Source: Catajapyx aquilonaris
Taxonomy: Eukaryota
Reading direction: 5' to 3'
DNA: 29,800 nucleotides
NCBI GenBank assembly: GCA_000934665.2
Contig: JYFJ02001089.1
Coordinates: 62,001 to 91,800 of the forward strand
Position numbers and translations under genes: made by a program. Of this stretch, positions 1 to 9,822 are shown one piece after another. Each line of letters opens with the position of its first letter. The stretch's first letter is position 1. The notes under the pieces were generated by a model, which made no database searches, had not been told where the DNA came from, and saw only the letters and a list, made by a program, of their open reading frames with translations.

Positions 1-60
1 AGCCCGACTTGTAATACTGACTCTCCAGCCAGTGCAACTGTGGTGGATGTAAAGTCCTAG
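1..60 (+). CDS. Possible C-terminal end of an upstream plus-strand gene (SPTCNTDSPASATVVDVKS*)
   Basis: Frame 1 is open from the window edge to TAG at 58-60 and is followed by about 3.5 kb of AT-rich UTR-like sequence with AATAAA at 3394. Only 19 codons, so weak. Confidence 0.2.
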   Translation, partial: SPTCNTDSPASATVVDVKS

Positions 61-1218
61 GGGCATGCTGGCTGTCCCATAGTGAAAAAGTTTATGTGCT
101 GGGAGAATGCAAGCCAAAAATTTTCATGTGGGTGGTGGTGTCGGCAGGTTGCTATCACCTGAACTTTTTCGAGTAGCACTGCTTTGTCCTAACTTTTTAG
201 GTTCTTATCGCTCCCAGCACATTGAAGTCTATTGCACTCTAACCTTGTAATTTTATCAGTAGCAATTGGGTTTAAAATATTTGTGTATAACAACCAAAAA
301 AGAAAGAAAATTGACAGTAGCGAGTATTTCCAAGAGTAGGTATGGGTTGGTGTTGTAGCTCTCACACACACAAGCTGTGTATACAGCTTCTGCACTAACT
401 TTGCCTCCACTTCACAATTGCGATGATGAATAGATGAGCTAAAAGTGAGTGTGTGACGTCCGAAGCAGAAAGCAATTTATTACCTTTTGAGATGACCATC
501 TTAGTTCTTATTGGCAAAAATTTACTATTATCAAGGTTTTTTGTCAATGTACTCGAGCTTTTTGGAGCAAGGCAAGCCAAAAAATACAGGAGAATTGTAA
601 AGTGATCACTGCCTCTTGCAAACAGGTTGATGCGGTGTTGATTTTACTGGCTCTTACAGTGTGACTTATTTGGAAGTAGGTATTAATACAAATATTAGGC
701 AATAATTGATCGACTCAGGCTTTGGAAGATGAGTTGGTGCTATGCGTGTCCATCCAACATTACGAGAGAGGGTTTTTATGCTCGGCAGCTAATAAGCAAG
801 GAGGCAGTTAATTTTATTTTTTGCTTTCAAATTCGCTAATTTTTGAATGCTTAAATTTTTATATGGTTTTTTGTGATATTTTTGCAGCTCTCTTGGCAGC
901 AATGCGCAACCTACAGGGAATTTTAGACATTCTTTTTTGCAAAGTGCGCCACTCAGGTCTTGATTTGTTTGATTGCTCCCTGTTGAATAATCTGCAGTTT
1001 ATTTTGTAGAAAGTGACATGAATGAGTGGTAAAAAGAGTGTTGTGGGATGATTAGTATGGAGGGTTTGGACAAACACACACGACCCATGCATACAGATGC
1101 TAAAGACAAATCCACATTTAAAAAAAGAGAGAAATGATAATTATAATAATCCAGACTGACAAACCATCCTAGTGCCTTTTTAAGTCGCTCTTTGAAACCA
1201 TGGATGTGGTTTCCTTGA

Positions 1219-1253
1219 TCAAAACACAGTTACACGACGTAACTGTGTTTTGA
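1219..1253. repeat. Perfect 15-bp stem hairpin
   Basis: TCAAAACACAGTTAC-acgac-GTAACTGTGTTTTGA. Confidence 0.85.
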
Positions 1254-3751
1254 AAGCATTATTTTGTATTGGTATGTAGCCCCTCTAATCCTAACCCACA
1301 CCCTTTACGTACCAATGACATTGTGGTTGGTAAGTGCACTTTAAACTCCTTCACGTCCCATCAGTCATGTGCACATAGGTCGAGTATATCATTCAAAAAA
1401 ATAATAATATTGAAAGCTAAAAAAGTAAAAAAAAAATATCAGCGCCCATTATCATGTGTTGTGATGTGAAGTTATCATTAGTGAGTAATGGAGTGGACTA
1501 TTGGTGATTGTGCAAGTGTGTTTTATGTTTCGACTTCTTCTTCCTAGCAGAATACTAATCATAGCCGAATTCTAGGCTCAATCGATAATCATGACTAGAG
1601 GAGATTTTGTGGTAGGGTTCACATGAAAACCATTTTGATGGTCATCTCTTTTTGGCTGCTCTTTTGCCTAAGGTAGACTCTTTGGCATTTCTCTTCATTC
1701 ATGAAATGCCTCTCAAATTACACTCTAATTCTAGTCATGTCAGTGTGTAGAACAATGCTTTTTGCGAGAAAAGAAACAAAAAAAAACAAAACAAAGGACT
1801 CACCTTTTGCATGCCAACCAAAAGTTGATGGTCACCTTTTGCATCAATGTGTTCTGAGAGTCCGTCTTTGTTAATTTTATACAGACTAAATAAGTATCGT
1901 ATCTGATGAATTGCCAACAGTAGCTTTAGGAATGTTTGTGATCGTTTTATTAAGCCACTAAGGGGGCTCACAGCTTCCACATACAAACACTAAATTAATA
2001 TATCTTGAATACAGCTATTAACATTGTTATTATTATAGTAGACTATATATCTGAAATGCTTTAGTTCTATAGTATTCTGTATTATGTGAGTCATGAACAA
2101 CATTGAGTTTGAAATTTAATTATGACAAGTTCTTTTGTGCATAGGTGAGTGAAGTAGTAATGGAATTAAACCTGGTGAATGGATTACAATAATGGACAAT
2201 TATGTGAAATGTGTAAGCAGTAAATTGCAACCAATGTCACGTAGGTCATTCTCCGCAGCATTGCTTGTTTTATGCATGAAAGGCAGCCCATGCATATGTC
2301 CAGATTTATTGAATGGAATTATTGTATCTAAATACGGAGGAAGAGAAATCATTATGCAATAAGTGGGAACAGATGGAGTCTCCCCAACTGTTTAGAAGTC
2401 ACTGCCAAACAACAGTGAGATGTAAATCTATATTTATGTAACAATTATTGTCTCCTGCTTTGCTCATGTATGTTCACTGTGATATTGTCATAATTAAATT
2501 TGAAACAGGTACTAAATATCAACTGTGGCTCACATTCAATGAAGGGGATTCATTCTGTGTCATGCATGGAAACTTGAAAATATGTCAGTGACTCGTAGAA
2601 GTCTAGAGAGCGGACAGCCATGTACAGCAAACTTTTGTCACAGTGCCTTTTTAGGTATATCACGACAAAGATATCTGAACAGAATTGGCTTGAAATCACT
2701 TAGCAATGGACAGAATATTGATGACATTTGAGTCATATCCGATCAATTTTCAATATCTGCTACTTGTAGTGTGAAATCAAAACTCATTCATGAACTTAGT
2801 AGTTGCAGCATTGTCACTGTATAATCATGTCACAGCATAAAGATTACCCCTGATATTTGACTTGGCCATCATCTTCCAAGCAGATTGTTGTTATTTTACA
2901 TTGCAAGTAATTTGTACTCAGATTCAACGATAAAGTCGGGCAGCCTGAAGAAAGCCTGCCATAAGTGTGCAGATGGTTTTAGTAGATTGAATTATAATTT
3001 GAAGAGCAGTGAAAGGATTATAATGGTTCATACGGAGCACACATGCTATCAAAATGTGAATGAAACATATGGGATATTGTTTTCTTCACCTGACCAATTA
3101 CTACAATGACAATGTAGGTGAAGGTACCTTCCTTATCACATGAGGTCAAATTGGTTGTGGTGTACTTAAATGTGAATTACTGCACAAGGCACAAACAAAT
3201 ATTTTGTGTGTAAAAGAGGCATTATTATTTGAAAATTAATTGACAGGTATTTATTTAGAATTTTTGTTAATAGTGTACATTGAATCCATGCATGGTAGGA
3301 ATGTTCTTAATTTATTTGCCGAGGTAAAGTTTTGTGAATATGAAAGGTTGGAGTAGAAGTACTTTTGTATGCCTCCCACCCAAAATTACTGTGAATAAAT
3401 ATTAGATGCCTTCCTGGTAATTAACACCTGTACCTATTAACATCAGCGCCCTTTTAAATTTTTAATTTATCCATAGAGTTTCCTGTGTTATTAATTAATA
3501 CTGTGTTCATATAAGGTAGCTCCAAAAATGTATGTAGTGAGTATAAAACACATCACAGGGTCTGTAATCAGTAGAGCTTAGTAATTGTTGCTGCTGTAAA
3601 GTAGCAATATATTGCAGCCTTTGTAACGTTTCAGTTCTGTGAGTCAATATTGATGACATGATGAGTGTAATGCTAATTTCCTGTGCATGAGCCAGCAGAA
3701 GTAAAGGATTCCTACAGTTTTCAAATTGCTACTCTGTTGTGACAGTTTTGA

Positions 3752-4171
3752 ATGTTTTGGCTCTTTCTGCTGCTAACATGGCACGCACAACAATTTATTG
3801 AAGGAGACTGCAACTACTCATGTGACTTCTACGATAAATCCTTCTTTGACACATGTGGCACTCGATCAGATCAGGCTTTTATGGAAGCAGAATATACAAA
3901 TGAAAATTATATTGAATTATTGAAAGCTTTGTGGTAGGATAGCGTTAACTTATGACTTTAAAGTGGGAAATTGGTAATAAATTTTTTAGTTGGTCAAAAT
4001 TTAACTTTACTATTGGCAGTAGACAGTATATTGCAGGAAAATCTGTCCTTTCAGGTAGTGTGTGAATTAAGATTTGTAGAGAATGATTTGCAGCCATCTA
4101 TCAAGAAACATTAGTATGTTGGGCATGTGCAGGTTCCAGGTACATTTCCATGGGACGCAGCAAGGATGACT
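3752..4171 (+). pseudogene. Possible decayed FAM69/DIPK1-like gene fragment (two exons)
   Basis: ORF 3752-3933 spliced through a GT-AG intron (3934-4019) gives EYTNENYIELLKALCRQYIAGKSVLSGSV*IKICRE*, which resembles the remembered FAM69 Cys motif LC..Y..G...G..C..LC. In-frame TGA at 4063 and 4084; donor GTGAGT at 4172. Confidence 0.3.
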
Positions 4172-4183
4172 GTGAGTATCTTA

Positions 4184-4193
4184 TTTATTTATT
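4184..4193 (-). other. Candidate polyadenylation signals of the Tdc long isoform
   Basis: Overlapping minus-strand AATAAA hexamers (plus-strand tttatttatt) about 400 nt downstream of the stop at 4583. Confidence 0.45.
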
Positions 4194-4582
4194 TCTTATG
4201 ATAAAGAAGTAAAACTTACCAACCAAGGTAGTGTGGCACATATCAAATTAAGCCCTGTGCATCCAATGTACTCACCAACAACAATTAAGTCTACATTACC
4301 GTGCTATCCACAAATATTTGCATATGCAAGCGAAATGATAACAAGCTCTAAAAGGGACCACAAATGGAAAGAAAAAATATATCGATAACTTCTAGATAAA
4401 ATTACAATATCTCCTCTGAACACACGACTTGAAAATTATGCCTGAATCACTGCATTGTTTAGTCCCAATGTTTAGTAAAATAATAAATTATCACGTATCT
4501 CTGCATGGCCACATTAAGAGCCCATTACATGCTCCTCGTACATGACATCAGACAATTAAAACTACTCTTTCTCCATGACCCA

Positions 4583-7500
4583 TTAGTGCTTATCCCCTCC
4601 TGGAGACTTGTCTCTCCTGTTCATGAAACCTTTTGGACTCAGTTTGGGACTGGTTTTTGGCTGAGGACTGGTCCTTGGCTGGGGGCTAGTCCTGGGGGGC
4701 TGAGGGCTGGTGGATCTTTCAGGCGACGCACCACCTCGAGGACTTGCACCTGGCTTCAAAGTCAGTGTTGTGTCCCAGTTGCGGAACCTGAATATTGTAG
4801 CACACACCATATCATAAATTAATGTTTGTAAACATATCATAATATACGCATGCAGTAATCATCACATCTATCCCATTATTTGTACTAGCAGTATATTGCG
4901 CAAACTGACCGCAAACCGACTTCACTACCAGAGCCTGATGAGTCGTCAAATACTCCTTGCAGAAGGAACGCAAGTGGCCAGCTGATCCAGGAAGCTCTGC
5001 TTAAAGGAGCAAAAATGGGCAATTTAGTGATCAACATTCAGTTGTTTGGACTTGCAATTGTCCAAGTCTCACATGGGGCTCTGGATGCTGAAGTTGGACG
5101 CTGTTGGTGTGGTGCTGTTGGTTTCGGAACCAGAGTCGCTGGTTGTGTGCCTCCTGTTGGATCCCACGTAGGTCAGGCTCTTGACTATCTTTGGATTGTA
5201 GATCTTGGGATCGGACACCATACGCACGAAGAAGGAGCGCTTGTACTTGAGGGTCTGCTTCCTCTTGTCCACCATCTCAAACACCTCTTCCGGCTCTTCC
5301 TTGTTCTCCTTGTCCTGAAATGTGACAATGCGCGTTTCCCACAACTGCTGATGCTGTACCCACTCAATTGTACCCAAGTACTGGACGGTGCTCTCAAGGA
5401 GGAATCGGCCTAACTTGTTGAAATGATTCGAATCCCATGATAAAGTCAATTTTGGCCTGCAATTTGGCAATATCGTTAGCACCAAAAAAAACATTAGCGA
5501 CTAAAGTTGCATAATCCACAACAAAGCAAAACTAGTGACAATGCAACATGAAATTAATAAAGGCTAAAAAATATTGGTTTGCATTCCAGTATCATAGCCA
5601 TTAGCTGTTAAAACCACAGCACTGATTACATTGTCAAAAGTGAAATTTTTTGATTTATTTTGATTCCATTACTTAAGGATGTGCAATAACTTAAATGAAA
5701 TTAAGGCATAAATTATTTTGAAATTTCAAGACTAATTCCCAAAATTTCAAGAGATGTACGATCAAAGTCTGCTAAACTTTAATCAGCGCAGAAGTTTGCA
5801 TTCAGTAAATTTCTCTCCAAGCTGGCTTCCAATAATCAACTTCCTTCAATGCCAGTAATTTAAGAAAGCCACATAAAGGGACAAGGTGGGGCAGGAGTGC
5901 AACAAAGCGAAGCAGATATAAAGTTCATGCTCAATATATTTTGAAAGTTCGTCATTCATACATGCAACAAAGGCACGCCATCCGGAAATAAATAATTTTT
6001 GACAATATAAAAACCATACAATTCACTAGGAACATGCGCCTTCATATAAAATCTCTAAAATAACGTGGCAACATGTAAGGCATCACTAGTACTGTACATA
6101 GCAGGCATTTCAATATCACTCAGGAGTGGAATTTTGAGCAGGCAGCACAAATTTAGGTCAAAATGTGCCTCGTCAAACAATAAAAATCACTGAACAGCCC
6201 GTAAAAAATGTTAAAAGGCAAGTGTCGCCTTTAAGCAACAACCATTGTTGAAAGCGATCCCTGTCGCTTGTGAATATCGAGGTTGTGAGCCACCCCGTTC
6301 TGATGGACCTCTTCCTCCTTGAGAAGCTGGTCCTTGAAGTGGTCGTGTTGAAGCTTGAGGGCCGCTTCGATCGTCTCAATGACGGACTCGAACACGTCGT
6401 CGTCGTGTCCGTTCCGCTGGTCAGTTACCTGCTCCTCTTTGTCCTTTTCAATCTCCATCAGATCAATTACGTCAGTGGCGAACTCTCGGATGACGTCCCA
6501 GGCGTGCTCGACATCCTCGTCGGTTGCGTTCTGGGCGCACACGCAGAATCGGATCACGTACTTGTCGTTCATGGACGCCGGTACCATATGCAGCTTCCCG
6601 GAGGCGTTGATGGCCGACAGAAGCTTCTGGTTCAGGCCGTTGGAGCCCTTCAGTCGGAAGCACACAAGCCCCAACTGTAAAAGCAACAAGTCAGTACCGG
6701 CTGCGAGTTGTATCGTACACAGTACTTACCAATACTTGGTTGACGACCTCAAATCGCATGTCTCGTCGAGCCAGGGCTTCGAATTTCTTGGCGAGGCGAC
6801 AGTGCTCTCGGATGTACTTCCGCAGACCTTCCACACCGTAGGATCTGATCACGAACCAAAGCTTCAGGGCTCGAAACCTGCGGCTCAGAGGAATGCCCCA
6901 GTGCTAAAAATAAAGACAAAGCGAGGAATTTAATAATCAGCGAGTCACGTACGGAGGACGTGACCTTACCCTGTAGTCAATCGACTTTTCCGAGTAGCTG
7001 TGCTGGAGGTAGAGCGGATCCACCACCAGAGCTTGGGTCAGCTTAAAACGATCCTTCACCCTGTGGACAGTAGTGGTAAGTCAACAATTACGGGTCAAAT
7101 TAAGCAGTACTTACCACATGATTGAAGCGTCGAAGTTGACCAGCATCCATTTGTTCGCATTTGTGTTGAACGACGTTGCGTACTCTACGCCCTTCAGGAG
7201 AGGCTTCAGCTCGGGGCAGATGAACCCGCATCCGGCATAGGCAGCATCCACATGCAGCCAGACTCCAAACTCCTTGCAGACAGGCCCAATCTCAGGCAGG
7301 TTGTCAAAGGAGCAGCAAGAAGTGGTGCCCAGAGTGACTGACACGAAGAATGGAATCTGACCCATGGCCCTGTCTTCCTCCATGGCTTGTCTGAGGGTAG
7401 CTCCACGAAGACTCGACTTCTCATCAGGCTCCAAGATCCGCAGCTTTACAAAGCTGATCATGGCCGCCTTTTCCACGCAAGAGTGGGACTCCTTGGAGCA

Positions 7501-8191
7501 GTAGGCCATCAGCTTTGACAACAAGACTCCTTCCTCCACAAACGGATGTTGCTGTTTCAGGGTCTTGATGGCCTGAGCACGGGCTGCCAGCATGGACACC
7601 AACACGCACTCGCTGGCTGAAGTCTGAATCACCCCTCCGCCTTTGCTGTTCTCAGAAAATGCAAAGAACTCCTCAGGAAGGCCAATCATCCGTCCAAGCC
7701 AGTCCACAACAATAGTCTCCAATTCAGTGCAAGCCGGTCCAGCAGCCTGAAACATTACGAAAAAATGCGTTTACGATCAGGCAGTTTGGGTTGGTTAATA
7801 CCAGCACATTAGACTCACCCATGAGAAGCCGATGCATCCAATCGCATCGGACAGCATGTCACCAAGGATAGATGGATACGAGTTTCCAGACGGAAAGTAG
7901 GCGTGGAATCGAGGGTGCTGCCAGTGTGTCATCTGCAAATCATAATACCAAATTAGATCACCACCGGTTGAGTTAAGCTCGTTTACTTACCCCAGGCATG
8001 ATCTTACTCTCGACGTCCTCCATGATGTTCTCCCAGGGTTCGCCTTCATTAGGTGGCCTGTCCGGAATCAGGTCACGAAGGTACCCTGGCTCAATAGCTG
8101 GAGTGACACGCCTGGTTCCAATTGTCTCCAAGTAATTAGTGATGTAATCCACCATCTCACGTCCACGGCGCCGAAACTCATCGCTGTCCAT
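4583..8191 (-). CDS. Tdc2: Tyrosine decarboxylase (PLP-dependent group II aromatic amino-acid decarboxylase, Tdc2-like), long isoform, about 675 aa
   Basis: Exons (minus): 8191-7991, 7932-7819, 7746-7115, 7060-6970, 6903-6730, 6674-6429, 5409-5374 (optional 36-nt exon), 5314-5073, 4996-4910, 4787-4583. All introns are GT-AG and phase-compatible; total 2028 nt. Motifs: [41 protein letters not shown]-lysine region SFNTNANKW (Asn before Lys as in Tdc, versus His in Ddc), [18 protein letters not shown], and C-terminal blocks [19 protein letters not shown] and SWISWPLAF that I recognise from Tdc2 proteins. Confidence 0.92.
4636..4712 (-). repeat. Degenerate ~18-nt coding tandem repeat (TSPQP units) in the last Tdc exon
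   Basis: Encodes [26 protein letters not shown]; the nucleotide units are visibly related. Confidence 0.7.
6231..6428 (-). CDS. Putative alternative short C-terminus of Tdc (read-through of the exon-6 donor, about 551-aa isoform)
   Basis: The frame stays open for 65 codons past the CAG|GTAACT donor at 6429/6428 with coding-like GC composition ([26 protein letters not shown]...STMVVA*). An intronic minus-strand AATAAA lies at 5654-5659. Confidence 0.5.
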   Translation of the reverse strand, partial: VTDQRNGHDDDVFESVIETIEAALKLQHDHFKDQLLKEEEVHQNGVAHNLDIHKRQGSLSTMVVA

Positions 8192-8751
8192 GTCTAACAG
8201 AAGAGCACAACCTTTGACCTATCGACAGCCATCTTGTGGAAGGCCCACTCAACTTTTCAAGTACCCCCAGTTTAATCGGTCTGTCAGATGCACCCGACGG
8301 ACCTGATTAAACCTCCCTTTTGTCCCCGCCTCTCATCCTCCCAACCTCCCTAGTGACCTGTTGATACCCTCTGTACAACCACCTGTTACCAATTTCGGCG
8401 CGTAATCCGAGCTGAAACCTAACAAAAAGCCCTCTTCAACAATAGACTGATCTTAATATAGAGAGAAGCTCCACGAATGAGGGATTTTCCCCTCAAAAAA
8501 TGGGGACGAAATAGTCCTGGGAAATTGCATCGGGTGGCACTTGACTTCCATTGTGCCCTGCCCAATATTGCTCGCCTTTTCCCACCCTCAAATATTCCGA
8601 GCTGTTATGAAGACATAGCTGGCATTCTTTATAGAACTGCAGCCCACTAATTCGCACAGTACTTGGTACGTAATGAAGAGTCGGTTGGATTTTAAAATTT
8701 ACGATTACGTGATGTGGACCTGAAAATTGGGTTATGTCAAATGTGACTTAC

Positions 8752-8842
8752 CGATAATGTGCTCGGTACGGGTATGTAGTCAGTCGAGTTGAAGCAGCAG
8801 TTTTTGGGCAGAACCTTCTCCTGAGACGAGATGTCGAGCACT
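8752..8842 (-). other. Non-coding first (5' UTR) exon of Tdc
   Basis: Inr TCAGTGC at 8844-8838, donor CG|GTAAGT at 8752/8751, and acceptor ctcttctgttAG ending at 8194, two nt upstream of the ATG at 8191. Confidence 0.65.
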
Positions 8843-8900
8843 GAGGGAAGTTGAGATAGGCGTACCGGTTTTATACCCTCCGAAATTATGGTGACGTCAC
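8838..8900 (-). promoter_or_regulatory. Tdc core promoter: TATA box, initiator and proximal CRE
   Basis: TATAAAA (minus) at 8875-8869, about 33 nt upstream of an arthropod-type Inr TCAGT; perfect palindrome GTGACGTCAC at 8891-8900. Confidence 0.7.
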
Positions 8901-9356
8901 AAGTCTGACTGTCCCGCGCAGCAATGGGGTGGCGGAGAGGTAGGTGAAGTGGAGGGGGGCGGATTTTCCTCGTTTTCAGATACCTATTTTACGAGGGGAA
9001 AAAATGAGGGCGCCATCATCCAATCAGGAATCGCACAGGTATGGTCAATTATAATTAGTCTATTGTAATCAACACGTGTAGTGTAGCCTTGATGTGCGAT
9101 CGGAATCGATTTTCTTGGCTTCCGATAGGTGTTCAAGTGACATTAACCTGGATTTTGCTAAATGTCATCTGCAGGCAATGTGTAAAAAGGGTGTTAGGAC
9201 TCTGAAAAATCGGTAATTAGTTTTCTTCATTTTACGTAATTATTTGTAGCGTAATTGGGCCTCGGGCAACTCTGCGTGCGTGATAATAATAAGCATCAAT
9301 ATTCGATATGCTGCTATTAATAAAGGCTCGCATTTCTCGGAAGTGATGTTAAATAT

Positions 9357-9822
9357 GGTGAAACGCGTTTGGAACCCGTTTAGATGACGTCAGAGACGCG
9401 GTCGGGAGCAGCTGATTTCAACCCCCAACAGACGCGTCACCAATCCCCCGTCTCCTCCACCCGTGTGGACTGTGTACTTGTTACCAACCTAACCTCACAC
9501 ACGTGGTCACCGCTGTCATCATTAATGCAATTAATACAATATTATATAGTCAACGCTGTTCCTTCCTTTCCATGACAAGGGAATACGCAGAGTGTCAATG
9601 AACACTCGCATTAATAATATTTATGCAGTATGATTTAATTACAACATTGTGATACCACATGTGTGAGGTTAGGTTGGTAACAAGTACAGTCCATGGAGCG
9701 GTGGACCTGTGGAGGAGAAGGGGGATTGGTGACGTCTGTTGGAAGTAAAACAAATGCATTTACGCTATCGCAGCGGGTGAAACGCGTTTGGAGCCGGTTT
9801 GGTGACGTCAGAGACGCGGTCG
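9357..9822. repeat. Composite repeat: ~48-bp direct repeats enclosing ~85-bp inverted repeats
   Basis: Direct repeats 9357-9404 and 9776-9822 (GGTGAAACGCGTTTGGA...TGACGTCAGAGACGCGGTCG). Inverted arms 9425-9507 and 9654-9742 (share GTCACCAATCCCCC and GTACTTGTTACCAACCTAACCTCACACA) around an AT-rich spacer. Confidence 0.8.

Noticed and set aside
2130..4060. Several AG|GT junction-like motifs (recursive splice sites)
   Set aside because: Expected by chance in AT-rich DNA and not within a demonstrable long intron.
6270..6933. Plus-strand ORFs of 136 and 192 aa (also 5015-5413 and 4505-4822)
   Set aside because: Antisense shadows of GC-rich Tdc exons; no recognisable domain.
8271..8310. Short imperfect hairpin in the Tdc 5' UTR intron
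   Set aside because: Stem is short with a bulge and mismatches; could be chance.
9357..9822. Minimal hammerhead ribozyme suggested by GAAACGCGTT
   Set aside because: No upstream CTGANGA core or stem II in either copy.
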